A stretch of DNA of 64,000 nucleotides from Leptospiraceae bacterium (GTDB lineage Bacteria > Spirochaetota > Leptospiria > Leptospirales > Leptonemataceae): the NCBI GenBank assembly GCA_040217195.1, contig JAVJNR010000008.1:64001-128000 (forward strand), read 5' to 3'. Positions 18,962 through 29,210 of the stretch are shown here, one piece after another; positions within the stretch are counted from its first letter, which is position 1; each line of letters starts with the position of its first letter. A program made the translations under genes and the position numbers. The notes under the pieces were generated by a model. That model was not told the DNA's origin, searched no databases, and saw only the letters and a list, made by a program, of their open reading frames with translations.

Positions 18962-19705
18962 TCAGGCAATGGATCCAGGGGCTGCCGGTGCAGGTACCTG
19001 AAATCTCTCTTCGGCTTCCTTCAAAGTCTCCAGATAGTATCTGTATCGTCTTCTCCTTCGATCCAGATCTTCACCAAAGCTTCTACTATCCGTGGTATAT
19101 ATTCTGGAGACGGCCAATTCTTCAATCGTCAGTTCCATTCTTCGACTGTAAGCCCAGAATTCCATGGGAAATGCATAGCCTGTTTCCTTGAATAAATCGG
19201 GATCAATGCCTTCCATTTTATATCTCTTAAAACCACAAAAGCTGTCCGAAAGTTTCCAGTCATAATGTCGATTGAGCCTGGCTGTAATTCGGGAGTTAAT
19301 CTCTACACGATCTGCCGGAGGGTTGCCCCGCGTTCGTGAATCCGGAAGATACCTGGATCCTGAGACTATATCAATGTCCTCATCCATTCCAATGAAACGG
19401 ATCAGATCGGCCGGTCGGTGCTGTCTGTCGCAATCCATAGTAATCAAATGGGAGTACCCATGTTTTCTGGCAATCTGCATGGACTCAATCATGGCGCAGC
19501 CATACCCATGATTGTCTTTGTGATGCCTCACAAAAATACCTTCATGGGTTTCAGTCAATTCATCCAGGAGTTGCGCAGATCCATCTGTGGAGCCATCGTC
19601 AATAGCAACGATGGCCTGAATCTGAGGCGGTAGATGATGTAGTATTTCGGAAAAGACCTCTTTTAGAGAGCCTGCCTCATTAAAAACCGGAATAGCCAGT
19701 AGCAT
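18962..19705 (-). CDS. Glycosyltransferase family 2 (DPM1-like)
   Basis: IPVFNE, DDGSTD, NHGYG, MDCD, GSRY, DSFCGFK. Confidence 0.92.
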   Translation of the reverse strand: MLLAIPVFNEAGSLKEVFSEILHHLPPQIQAIVAIDDGSTDGSAQLLDELTETHEGIFVRHHKDNHGYGCAMIESMQIARKHGYSHLITMDCDRQHRPADLIRFIGMDEDIDIVSGSRYLPDSRTRGNPPADRVEINSRITARLNRHYDWKLSDSFCGFKRYKMEGIDPDLFKETGYAFPMEFWAYSRRMELTIEELAVSRIYTTDSRSFGEDLDRRRRRYRYYLETLKEAEERFQVPAPAAPGSIA

Positions 19706-19792
19706 ATTATAGATTACCCATTGAGCCGCTCAATTGCCAGCATTTCGAAAAGATATTGATTCGCCGGAGGCCTCTTACATAAACAAACTGTT

Positions 19793-21484
19793 TTGTCAAA
19801 AGAAAGCAGCAAACATAAGAATAGCTCACCTCAATGGGTGATGGATACTCCGGAGCGCTCGGTGCGTTCTCTTTTTCGCTGGGGTTCCCCTGGAGTGTAC
19901 AAGCATCCCAATCCCAGATTGGTCAAGCTTATGATGGATAAGTTTCAACTGGGGCCCAGGGACTTGCAGGAGCCTGAGAATGCGGGTCTGGAAACCTTCT
20001 CTCAAGAAATAGCCACTGGTCTGAGCACACAGCAACAGGATGCTTTGACTTCCCTTCTGGGGCCGGAACAAGTATCTCTGGCTACCTACGATCGTATTAA
20101 AGCAGGCTATGGAAAAACAATGCTGGATCTGTTCAGGATTCGGTCAGGGAAACTGGAAAACATTCCCGATGCAGTGGTGTTTCCCAGAGATAGAAAGGAG
20201 ATAGTGGATGTGCTGCGTTTCGCAAGAGATCAGGGGATTGCACTGCAGACTAGAGGAGCCGGGTCCAGTGTAACCAGAGGATGTGAGGCGCCACGGGGAG
20301 GGATTACTCTGGATCTGAGCAAACACATGCATCGGATTCTCAAAATAAATTCAATCAATGAATCTGTGACCGTGGAAGCCGGTGCTCTGCTACCGGATCT
20401 GGAGCAGGAGTTGCAGAATGCAGCCCGAAATTCCGGCACCTACCATAATTATACTCTTGGACATTTTCCTCAATCCTATGAATTCGCAACCGTGGGAGGT
20501 GCCATTGTTACGAGAGGGGCAGGTCAGAATTCCACCTACTTTGGCAAGATCGAGACTATGGTATTGAGCCAGGACTATGTAACTGCCAATGGAGATCTGA
20601 TTACAAAAGAAATACCGGCTAGATCCATGGGCCCGGATCTGGATGCTATCATGATGGGATCGGAAGGAACTCTGGGTATTCTGGTTTCGGCAACTCTGAA
20701 GATTCGTCGGTACCTTCCTGGAAATACCAGGCGATTCAGCTACATGTTCAAGGACTTTGGCTCGGCCCTGGATGCAGTGAGAGAAGTGATGCAATCCCAG
20801 GAAGGAGTACCTTCGGTATTTCGATTATCTGATCCTGAAGAAACCGACGTGGCCATGCGACTGTATGGAGTTCATGGCACTCCTCTGGACACCATGCTCA
20901 AGCTGGGAGGTTACAAACCTTCTAAGCGCTGCCTGCTTCTGGGATCAGCGGATGGATCTCATCGTTATACTCGCATGGTGGCAGCAAGCGTTCGTCGCAA
21001 GGTTCGTCATTTTGGAGCATTCCCCACCACCAGCTTCGTTACCAGGAAATGGGAAAAAGGTCGATTCAAGGATCCCTATATGCGCGACGATTTGATGGAT
21101 TTTGGAGTCATCATAGATACTCTGGAGTGCTCCACGGACTGGGAGAATTTACCGCATGTACACCAATCGGTTCGCAAGGTATGCCATGAACTGGCCAATG
21201 TAGTGGTAATGAGTCATCTTTCCCATTTCTATCCGCAGGGAGCGAACCTGTATTTCATTTTTATTGGTAAGATGGGTTCGCAGCAATTCGTAGAATACCA
21301 TAGCCGTGTTGTGGATGCAATTGCACGGAGTGGGGCAGCCATCAGTCATCATCATGGAATTGGTCGCTTACTGGCTCCCTGGTATCCGGATGCAATTGGT
21401 ACTGTGGCCTTTGATCTGATTAAAGCTATTAAATCGCATATGGATCCGGATCAAACCCTGAATCCAGGAGTACTATCTCTGTAA
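19793..21484 (+). CDS. FAD-linked oxidase, alkyl-dihydroxyacetonephosphate synthase (AGPS)-like
   Basis: PDAVVFP, GHFPQSYEFATVGG, GSEGTLGI, RLSD, ANLYF, SHHHGIG, LNPG. Confidence 0.88.
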   Translation: MSKESSKHKNSSPQWVMDTPERSVRSLFRWGSPGVYKHPNPRLVKLMMDKFQLGPRDLQEPENAGLETFSQEIATGLSTQQQDALTSLLGPEQVSLATYDRIKAGYGKTMLDLFRIRSGKLENIPDAVVFPRDRKEIVDVLRFARDQGIALQTRGAGSSVTRGCEAPRGGITLDLSKHMHRILKINSINESVTVEAGALLPDLEQELQNAARNSGTYHNYTLGHFPQSYEFATVGGAIVTRGAGQNSTYFGKIETMVLSQDYVTANGDLITKEIPARSMGPDLDAIMMGSEGTLGILVSATLKIRRYLPGNTRRFSYMFKDFGSALDAVREVMQSQEGVPSVFRLSDPEETDVAMRLYGVHGTPLDTMLKLGGYKPSKRCLLLGSADGSHRYTRMVAASVRRKVRHFGAFPTTSFVTRKWEKGRFKDPYMRDDLMDFGVIIDTLECSTDWENLPHVHQSVRKVCHELANVVVMSHLSHFYPQGANLYFIFIGKMGSQQFVEYHSRVVDAIARSGAAISHHHGIGRLLAPWYPDAIGTVAFDLIKAIKSHMDPDQTLNPGVLSL

Positions 21485-21495
21485 GGAAAGACCCC

Positions 21496-23136
21496 ATGAA
21501 ACGATACATAGAAACAGTGGAAGGCCAGTCTTCTGAAGAATTCGACCTTGTGATTATTGGAGGTGGCATTTCCGGAGCCTGCGTTGCCTATGAAGCGGCC
21601 AGTCGCGGGTTGTCCGTGGCTCTATTCGAGAAATCGGACTTTGGTGGAGCAACATCGGCAGCCACATCCAAATTGATCCATGGAGGATTGCGATACTTAA
21701 ATTACCTGGAATTTGGACTGGTGCGCGAAAGTCTCAGGGAGCGGCGAATTCTGGAAGACATTGCTCCCAATCTGGTCTATCCGCTTCCTTTCTTGATTCC
21801 AAATTATGGAAATCTTAAATCTAATCGATGGATCATAAAAGCAGGCATGCTCCTGTATGATCTTCTTTCATTTGATAAAGGGCATACCAGGCATCAATCC
21901 AAGAAATTGCCTCATCATCGTAGTCTGAAGAAATCCAGAGTACTGGAAATTGCGCCCATGCTACCTGCACAGGGACTGACCGGCGGCGCAGTCTATTACG
22001 ATTGTCAGAGTATTGCACCGGAAAGACTAACTCTAGCTTTCATTAAATCGGCAGCCGCTTTTGGAGCCAGAGTCAGTAACTATTCTGAAGTCATTCACCT
22101 GGAAAAAGAAAATAATCGATTTCGATGGGCCACGATTAAGGATTCCATCAGTGGTCGGGAGATTCGAATCAAGGCAAACCTTTTTGTAAATAGTGGTGGT
22201 CCCTGGGCCGAGCGTATTATCAAGAAGGTATCCGGCCAGCAAACCGCTCATTCAGTGAGAATGTCGGAAGGAATTCATATTATTGGACCTCAGGTCACCA
22301 GAGACCATGCACTGGTGATGCTCACTCCTGGAGGGAGGCATTTCTTTGCCATCCCCTGGAGAGGACATAGCCTGTTTGGTACCACAGACAAAGGTTACCA
22401 GGGAAATCCAGATGACTATCAGGTGAGCAAGGATAGCATCGATGAATTCATTGAGGAGATCAATTCATCGTTTGAAAAGCCAATCCTGGATTATTCCAAC
22501 ATCGTACATGCTTATGGCGGCCTTCGTCCGCTTACAGACACTCATACAGAAAGCACGTACAAATCTTCCAGAAAATATGAAATCATTGATGGAGAAAAGG
22601 AAGGCCTGGCCGGACTACTTACGGTGGAGGGCGGAAAATACACCACCAGCCGAAACCTGGCACAGAGCACTTTGAAGTTTATTGCAAAAAAGCTTAAGAT
22701 TCGATTGCCCGGATCTGAAACGGCCCGTCGTCCCCTGGTGGGCTGCGACATTCCAGCGCTTACAGATTTCCTCAGTTCTCGGCGGGAGGTTTATCCAGAT
22801 TTCGAAGGAAACACTCTTCACTCTCTGGCCACCTCCTATGGCACGGAAATGGAAGAGGTAATCCAATTGGCCAGGGAAAAACCAGAATGGAAAGAAAGTC
22901 TGAATGCAGATGGAGAGCTATTGGCCCAGGTGGTCTATGCAGTACGCAAGGAGATGGCGGTGCATCTGCTTGATGTGCTTCAGAGACGTACAGGTCTGGG
23001 AACCCTGGGCCTTCCGGATTCGCAAAAACTAGAAAAAATAGCAGAGACCATGGCTTCTGAGCTGGGCTGGAGTGGGGAGCAAACCTCCAGTGAACTGGAG
23101 TTGGCCAAAAAGAAGTTGTCACTGCCCTTCCACTAA
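21496..23136 (+). CDS. glpD: Glycerol-3-phosphate dehydrogenase/oxidase (GlpD family)
   Basis: IGGGISG, TSKLIHGGLRYL, GTTD, GLRPL, GGKYTT, RRT. Confidence 0.92.
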   Translation: MKRYIETVEGQSSEEFDLVIIGGGISGACVAYEAASRGLSVALFEKSDFGGATSAATSKLIHGGLRYLNYLEFGLVRESLRERRILEDIAPNLVYPLPFLIPNYGNLKSNRWIIKAGMLLYDLLSFDKGHTRHQSKKLPHHRSLKKSRVLEIAPMLPAQGLTGGAVYYDCQSIAPERLTLAFIKSAAAFGARVSNYSEVIHLEKENNRFRWATIKDSISGREIRIKANLFVNSGGPWAERIIKKVSGQQTAHSVRMSEGIHIIGPQVTRDHALVMLTPGGRHFFAIPWRGHSLFGTTDKGYQGNPDDYQVSKDSIDEFIEEINSSFEKPILDYSNIVHAYGGLRPLTDTHTESTYKSSRKYEIIDGEKEGLAGLLTVEGGKYTTSRNLAQSTLKFIAKKLKIRLPGSETARRPLVGCDIPALTDFLSSRREVYPDFEGNTLHSLATSYGTEMEEVIQLAREKPEWKESLNADGELLAQVVYAVRKEMAVHLLDVLQRRTGLGTLGLPDSQKLEKIAETMASELGWSGEQTSSELELAKKKLSLPFH

Positions 23137-23291
23137 TGGTAAAGCTCCTTGCCAGCGAATCATTGCGTTACATGGAATGGTCCTGTGAATTCCCGTATCG
23201 CTTATTGATTCGTACCTACAGTGTTTAATGGTACACTTCCCTACGAAAAGAAGTGAAATCAACCGACTAGAAAATAGGAATCGAGAAGTTC

Positions 23292-24209
23292 ATGAAGCGA
23301 TTGATTATTTTGAATCCCAAGAGCCGAGCCGGAAATGCAAGGTCTGCCTTCAAAGCTCTGGAGGGTGAGATTCGCAAGAAACTGGGGCCCTTCGAACTAT
23401 ACGAAACCTCGGGACCCATGGATGCCAGCGGCCGAGTGCGCCAGGCATTAAAAGATAAAAAATTCGGCCAGATCATTGTGGCCGGAGGCGATGGAAGCAT
23501 AAACGAAGCTGTCAACGGCTATTTCGAAAACGGAAAGATCATCAATCAAAAGGTTCCTCTGGGTGTTATATCCATGGGCACAGGAAGCGACTTTATCAAG
23601 ACTTTGCGACAACTGAGTGCAGTCTATGATGTGGCTCTGCAAAAAAATACCTTCAAACTGGTAGATGTGGGCCAGGTCCGATCAGAGAAAGATCAGCGAT
23701 TCTTTATCAATATTGCATCTGCCGGTATCGCAGGAAAGATCATGGAAAGTTTAAAGTCCTCTCGCTTTCAGCATGGTTCGCCAGCCTATTATTTTCATAC
23801 AGTGAAATCTCTATTCCTTTACAATCCGGAGCAGGTAAAGCTTACCTACGAAGATGAACACGGTCATTTTCATACACAGGAGCTCAAGCTTCTCAATTTT
23901 TTTGCCTGCAATGGTCGATTCAACGGGGGGGGAATGAACTGGGCTCCTGCCGCAGATTTACAGGATGGACTGTTCAACGGATTGATTGTGGGCGATGTAA
24001 GTAAGACCCGGATGGTGATGGCCAGTTCCCGGGTGTATGCTGGTCACATTGAGGGATTTCCCGGTGCAACCGAGTTTAAGGCCAGGCGAATGACTCTGGA
24101 AAGCAAGAAAAGAATTCTGGGCGAGGCAGATGGAGAGGTCTATGGGTCAGATGCGCCGGCAAGAGTGGATTACGAATTATTTCCTGCCTGCTTTCCTCTG
24201 GTTCTTTAA
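23292..24209 (+). CDS. Diacylglycerol/lipid kinase family (DagK/YegS/BmrU)
   Basis: NPKS, GGDGSINE, GTGSDF, NGRFNGGG, DGE. Confidence 0.9.
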   Translation: MKRLIILNPKSRAGNARSAFKALEGEIRKKLGPFELYETSGPMDASGRVRQALKDKKFGQIIVAGGDGSINEAVNGYFENGKIINQKVPLGVISMGTGSDFIKTLRQLSAVYDVALQKNTFKLVDVGQVRSEKDQRFFINIASAGIAGKIMESLKSSRFQHGSPAYYFHTVKSLFLYNPEQVKLTYEDEHGHFHTQELKLLNFFACNGRFNGGGMNWAPAADLQDGLFNGLIVGDVSKTRMVMASSRVYAGHIEGFPGATEFKARRMTLESKKRILGEADGEVYGSDAPARVDYELFPACFPLVL

Positions 24210-24210
24210 G

Positions 24211-24825
24211 TTAGACTTCAGATTTCGCTTTCTGGCCGCGGGGGATTAGATCCTTTTCCAGACTAAAGTTTGTAATTAGCAGCCCGTTTCTAGGCACCTG
24301 GTTTTCGGTGACCAGGCGAAACCCTTTCTTTTCGAAGAAGGGCCGGGCTAGATGCGAAGCATCCACCGTTAGCTTTTTTAGACCAAGATCCAGGGCCTTT
24401 TTTTCAATTTCTCCATAGAGCTTGCTCGAAATACCCATTCGCTGGTATTCTGTAGAAACATAAGCCAGATCCACATGTCCTACCGGCCCTGGATCTAGAG
24501 AGGATTGCAGTTCCAGATTCATGAACCCCACCAGGGGATTGGACACCGGGTTTTTTGAATCGATGGATGGCTGATTGATGGCAGTGGGCTCGGAAGGAGC
24601 TTCGGTAGCAAGAATTGCGAATATGGGCGGGGCTTTTTGAAACCGAATGATCCATTCGGAGATTTCCGGCGGTTCAGGAGACCAGGCTTGTTGTTCTTCT
24701 CTTGAATAGATGGATGGATCAATGGAATGTATGATGGAATGATAGAGGCTTGTTGCTTTAGCCACAATCTCGAACTGAGCCTGTTCAGAAGGCAGGTTCT
24801 CAAACCTCATAAGGATTACTTCCAA
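24211..24825 (-). CDS. GNAT N-acetyltransferase (YafP-like)
   Basis: YS.EEQQAW, QRMGIS, AS.LARPFFEKKGF. Confidence 0.85.
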   Translation of the reverse strand: MEVILMRFENLPSEQAQFEIVAKATSLYHSIIHSIDPSIYSREEQQAWSPEPPEISEWIIRFQKAPPIFAILATEAPSEPTAINQPSIDSKNPVSNPLVGFMNLELQSSLDPGPVGHVDLAYVSTEYQRMGISSKLYGEIEKKALDLGLKKLTVDASHLARPFFEKKGFRLVTENQVPRNGLLITNFSLEKDLIPRGQKAKSEV

Positions 24826-25067
24826 TTTAAGCTACCTCTTCGTTCGGTGCAGTTTGACTATCATTTTCGGGTTCCAAAAACGATCGAAAACCTTGCACTT
24901 TCAGACGGATGGGCTACCTGTTCTGGTAGAAATCAGCTAAACTATGGCACCGATCTAATAAAAGCTTAACGTAGTTACTAGGCTGCACGCTGCCAATTCC
25001 CGGCATCGCAATCTGCCGCCTACAATTTCCAGGCAATGAGCCGAATCAGAGAGGCTTTTTACCTAAT

Positions 25068-26525
25068 CTAATTGGCAGCTTTCATCTTTTCTATCGTTTC
25101 ATCGATCAAACGATTTACTTCTGCAGGAGGGGCCTGACCCCGGGTAGCTTTCATGATCTGTCCCACCAGAAAGCCTTTCACCCGGTCCTTTCCATTCATA
25201 ATATCATTAACCTGTTCTGGATTGTCTGCAAAGACCATTTCCACGATGGCAGGTAGATCGGATGTGTCCACAGGCTTGTAATCGTACTTTTCGATGATAT
25301 CGTCGATTTCCATTTTTTCTTCGTAGCAATGCTCGAAGACCTGTTTTGCAATTCTTTGAGTGAATTTCTTTTCGTTTAGATACTGGATGATTTTTCCCAG
25401 ACGATCGGGATTAACAAAGAAATCTTCAATTTCTATATCCAGTTTGTTTACGATTCCCAGAACTTCATCCTTAACCCAGTTGGATGATTTCTTGGGATCC
25501 TCTGTGATTCGTACCACTTCTTCGTAGTAGGCAGAGGTTTCCTTTTCCCTGGTTAATACATCTGCATCATACTCTGGCAGTCCATATTCAGAAGCGTATC
25601 GCTGTCTCTTCTGAGCTGGCAGCTCTGGCATATCCTTGCGTACTTTTTCAATTAGATCTTCCTCTATAACAAACTCTGGAAGATCAGGATCTGGAAAATA
25701 ACGGTAATCCTCTGCATTTTCCTTGGTTCGCATTAGACGGGTTTCACGCTTGTCTGCATCCCAGAGTACTGTGGATTGTACAATTTTCTGTCCGGATTCA
25801 ATGAGTGCGATTTGTTCTTCGATCTGATAGTCGATGGCTGCCCTTACTGCCTTGAAGGAATTCAGGTTCTTTATCTCTACACGAGTTCCGAACGGAGCAT
25901 CCGGACCCTTTCGCACGGAAACGTTTGCATCGCATCGCAAAGATCCCATTTCCATATTGCCGTCCGTGACTTCCACGGCACGAAGGATGCTTCGAAGTGT
26001 TTGGAGATAGTAGTAGGCATCTTCAGAACTGCGTAGATCCGGTTCAGAAACAATTTCTAGAAGTGGAACTCCTGCACGGTTAAGATCCACAAAGGATACT
26101 GCTTCTGTTCCCCCCTGACCATGCAGTAGTTTTCCTGCATCTTCTTCCATATGAATTCGATGGATGCGAATCGTAGTGTCCTGTTCCGCATCTTTCTTGC
26201 GAAAAGCTACTTTGCCTCCGGTCGCATAGGGTCTATCGTACTGGGAAATCTGATATCCCTTCGGTAGATCCGGATAGAAATAATGTTTCCGATCAAAGCG
26301 AGTATGTCGGTTGATTTCACAGTCCAGAGCCAGCGCTGCAGTTAGAGCCATCTCCATTACGCTTTCATTCAGAACGGGAAGGGCTCCTGGGAGTCCCAGG
26401 GTTACGGGCCCGGCCTGGGTATTGGCTGCGCCACCGTACCGGTATGGATCCGTGGAGAAGATCTTGGTTTTGGTCTTCAGCTGGCAGTGCACTTCCAGGC
26501 CGATTACTGGCTCGTAATGACTCAT
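25068..26525 (-). CDS. gatB: Asp-tRNA(Asn)/Glu-tRNA(Gln) amidotransferase subunit B
   Basis: IGLEVHCQL, YFYPDLPKGYQISQ, HMEEDAGK, RCDANVS, EIKNLNS, YRYFPDPDL. Confidence 0.98.
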   Translation of the reverse strand: MSHYEPVIGLEVHCQLKTKTKIFSTDPYRYGGAANTQAGPVTLGLPGALPVLNESVMEMALTAALALDCEINRHTRFDRKHYFYPDLPKGYQISQYDRPYATGGKVAFRKKDAEQDTTIRIHRIHMEEDAGKLLHGQGGTEAVSFVDLNRAGVPLLEIVSEPDLRSSEDAYYYLQTLRSILRAVEVTDGNMEMGSLRCDANVSVRKGPDAPFGTRVEIKNLNSFKAVRAAIDYQIEEQIALIESGQKIVQSTVLWDADKRETRLMRTKENAEDYRYFPDPDLPEFVIEEDLIEKVRKDMPELPAQKRQRYASEYGLPEYDADVLTREKETSAYYEEVVRITEDPKKSSNWVKDEVLGIVNKLDIEIEDFFVNPDRLGKIIQYLNEKKFTQRIAKQVFEHCYEEKMEIDDIIEKYDYKPVDTSDLPAIVEMVFADNPEQVNDIMNGKDRVKGFLVGQIMKATRGQAPPAEVNRLIDETIEKMKAAN

Positions 26526-26603
26526 ACCCCCGGTTTTTCAGTGGAAAGGACCAGGGCAAGCAAAATCACTTTCCAGGCCAGCCCCTTTCTGGAAAGCTGG
26601 GTT

Positions 26604-27362
26604 GTGGTCACAATCGCAATTGCCAATCAAAAGGGTGGCGTGGGAAAAACTACCACAGCTGTGAATCTGGCGGATGGCCTGGCCCGAAGGGGACATGAAA
26701 CCCTGCTTGTGGATCTGGATGCCCAGGGTAATGCTACCTCCATATTTAGCGATCCGCCGGCCAGGGAGGAATCCGTGCATGAGCTGTTTCGCTCCCGGAC
26801 TCCGGCAGCGCAGCTGGCTCGCAATACTACAAACGAAAAATTGAAGCTTCTGCCTTCGGTACTGGAACTTGCAGAAATAGAAACCTTACTTGCTGGTAAT
26901 GTGGATGGATTCTTCAGGCTCCGGGAAGGGCTTAGTTATGAATCGGGCGGTCCGGAATATATCATAATGGATTGTCCTCCGAATCTGGGCCTTCTGACCT
27001 TGAATGCATTTATCGCAGCCGATTACTGTATATTGCCTATCATGGCCAGTCGGTTTTCGCTGGATGGAATTCGCACAATGCTGGATACTCTGGAAACAGT
27101 TCATCATAGATTCTCCCAGGAACTTAAAATTCTGGGTGCTTTAATGACTATGTACAATGATCGAACTGCCATCAGCGGTGCCGTTCTGGAACCTGTGGAA
27201 GAGATGATTTCTGTGTTCAAGACCAGAATCAGCCGATCGGTGCAGGTAGAGGAAGCCCATTTGATGAGACAGACTCTGTTCGAATATCAGCCCGGCGGAA
27301 AAATTACCAGGGAATATCAAGCTTTGATTCAGGAAGTTCTGGATGGCATCGAAAAAGGATAA
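26604..27362 (+). CDS. ParA/Soj-family ATPase (orphan, no adjacent parB)
   Basis: NQKGGVGKTT, DLDAQGNAT, DCPPNLG; probable GTG start at 26604. Confidence 0.92.
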   Translation: MVTIAIANQKGGVGKTTTAVNLADGLARRGHETLLVDLDAQGNATSIFSDPPAREESVHELFRSRTPAAQLARNTTNEKLKLLPSVLELAEIETLLAGNVDGFFRLREGLSYESGGPEYIIMDCPPNLGLLTLNAFIAADYCILPIMASRFSLDGIRTMLDTLETVHHRFSQELKILGALMTMYNDRTAISGAVLEPVEEMISVFKTRISRSVQVEEAHLMRQTLFEYQPGGKITREYQALIQEVLDGIEKG

Positions 27363-28350
27363 ATTTCGAAAAGAAGTGAAAAAGAGTCTGGGCCAGGATG
27401 ATCCTTCGATGGAAGGCATTGTAGGCGAGATTGCAGGCCGCCGAACCGAGAAATCAAGAAAAGAGGAAGATGGTTCGCAGCAAAAGATGGACACCTCTGA
27501 AAGCAGGGCCCCCTCTAAGCCAGAGGCAGAAAAGCCAGGCAATTCAGACACGGATCAAACGGCGGATCCGTCCGATACTCCGTCCGGCCCGGAATTTCTG
27601 GAAGAAGTGGACGAAGCCAGGGCCTCGGATAGCTCCAGAATCGATACCGATTCCGAAACCAGCTCTGAGAATCCAGAATCAGAGAATTCCAATAAGGAAG
27701 AACCATCGGGTAGAATCGATAAAGTGGCCGGCAAATCCGGATCCCGGGAAAAAACTTCCGCCGGAGTCCGAGAAAACTCATCCACGGGCCGATCAGAAAG
27801 AATTGATTCCACAGGACACAGTAAAAAAACGGGGGCCAGGCCTATGGCACGTAAAAGAGAAAGCATCTATAATGTTTCCAGCGACATCCGTCTGGAAGAC
27901 TACACGGAAGCCGATCGACAGAAGAGCAACAATTCGCTATTCAAAATGGCCGGAGTTGTGGCAGTACTGTTGCTTCTGGGATTTGTAATCTGGCAAGCAG
28001 CTATGTATCTTATGGCTCCTTCCTATCAGCTTGCTATGTCCAACCAGGAGATTACCGGTGCAAACATAGAGCAATTTACGGCGGATCCGGTGTCCCGGTT
28101 ATCGGCTGCATCGCCAGTTCATATTCGATTTCAATGGCCTGCCGGCGAGCTCAAGACCGACTACTTGAAGATCCTTGTGGAAAGGGCTGAAGGCTCCACC
28201 TATGTGGAAGAAGCCGTGCTGGGCCGAAGGCCTCCCAGAACTGCCAGCTATATCTATTTCATGGGTCCTCTGGATGCCGGTAAATACCGGGTTCAGGTTC
28301 TGGATGCATCTGGTTCGGTACTGGCAGATCGAGATCTGGAGCTGCAGTAA
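27343..28350 (+). CDS. Hypothetical protein: basic N-terminal peptide, long disordered linker, single TM, C-terminal beta-sandwich
   Basis: Overlaps the ParA stop by 20 bp; S/E/D/T-rich linker; TM VVAVLLLLGFVIWQAAMYL; C-terminal GKYRVQV. Confidence 0.8.
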   Translation: MASKKDKFRKEVKKSLGQDDPSMEGIVGEIAGRRTEKSRKEEDGSQQKMDTSESRAPSKPEAEKPGNSDTDQTADPSDTPSGPEFLEEVDEARASDSSRIDTDSETSSENPESENSNKEEPSGRIDKVAGKSGSREKTSAGVRENSSTGRSERIDSTGHSKKTGARPMARKRESIYNVSSDIRLEDYTEADRQKSNNSLFKMAGVVAVLLLLGFVIWQAAMYLMAPSYQLAMSNQEITGANIEQFTADPVSRLSAASPVHIRFQWPAGELKTDYLKILVERAEGSTYVEEAVLGRRPPRTASYIYFMGPLDAGKYRVQVLDASGSVLADRDLELQ

Positions 28351-28373
28351 TCGTTCTATTCGTCCCCGTTCTC

Positions 28374-29210
28374 ATGCTATCTAACAGAAGAATACCTTTC
28401 CTGGCTCTATTGCCTTTGAGAGGGATGACCTTTCTTTTGCTTCTGACATTTCTGTTACCAGGATGTCATCGATTGAAGCTACCACCCAGGCCAGACAATG
28501 TCCCTGAATCGGCGGAATTTGACCGCCGTCGAGGGACCTGGAATGTATTGGAGGGACAGCAATTCCGACAATATTACCGAGACGGTGCCCTCAGTACAGA
28601 AGGGCAGATGACGGAAGGGCAGCGATTCGGACGCTGGAACTGGTATGCGCCGGATGGAAAGACACTGACCACCACCGGAATCTATCTGGATGGCCGACGG
28701 GATGGACTGTGGAAACATTTCGATGATAGCGGACGTCTGTATCTAACTATATTGTATGCTCCGGAGCCAGTTGACCCGGTAATTGGAGCCATCAGTATAG
28801 ACTACGGCAATGAAAACGGTCCGTACCGACGATTCTATCCGGATGGAACGCTGGAAGAGGAAGGGGCGCACAGGGCTGGCAAGAAGGATGGAGTAATGAA
28901 ACGATACCATCCGTCCGGGCAGTTGATGGTTCGTGGGAAATACGAAGACGGGGAAAAGACCGGGAAATGGGAATATTTCCACTTTACAGGCACCCTGGTT
29001 CGCACTGAAAACTATATCGATGGAGAGCTGGAAGGAAAAGTAATCAACTATCATGCGAATGGTATTCCCTACAGTGAAACGCTCTACGAAAAAGGAGAAC
29101 CCATCGGCGCGCCCAAAATCCAGAATCATCTGGAAGAAGCCTACAAAGAAAAAGCCTTCAGCCTTTCGCCTTCCCAGGATCCAATTTCCCAGCCTGGTAA
29201 TCGTTTATAA
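28374..29210 (+). CDS. MORN-variant (YwqK-like) repeat lipoprotein
   Basis: Lipobox LPGC; repeated G.W..Y..G.L...G.Y.DG units. Confidence 0.85.
   Translation: MLSNRRIPFLALLPLRGMTFLLLLTFLLPGCHRLKLPPRPDNVPESAEFDRRRGTWNVLEGQQFRQYYRDGALSTEGQMTEGQRFGRWNWYAPDGKTLTTTGIYLDGRRDGLWKHFDDSGRLYLTILYAPEPVDPVIGAISIDYGNENGPYRRFYPDGTLEEEGAHRAGKKDGVMKRYHPSGQLMVRGKYEDGEKTGKWEYFHFTGTLVRTENYIDGELEGKVINYHANGIPYSETLYEKGEPIGAPKIQNHLEEAYKEKAFSLSPSQDPISQPGNRL

Noticed and set aside
19783..19796. ACAAA-CTGT-TTTGT inverted repeat at the AGPS-like start as a TetR operator
   Set aside because: Only 5-bp arms in AT-rich sequence and no regulator nearby; too weak to call
27431..27988. 185-aa alternative-frame ORF inside the ParA partner gene
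   Set aside because: Shadow of a low-complexity region; the main frame has the TM/domain architecture and translational coupling
28374..29210. Toxin-antitoxin (YwqK antitoxin) interpretation
   Set aside because: MORN-variant repeats often attract this label, but there is no adjacent toxin and the protein has a lipoprotein signal
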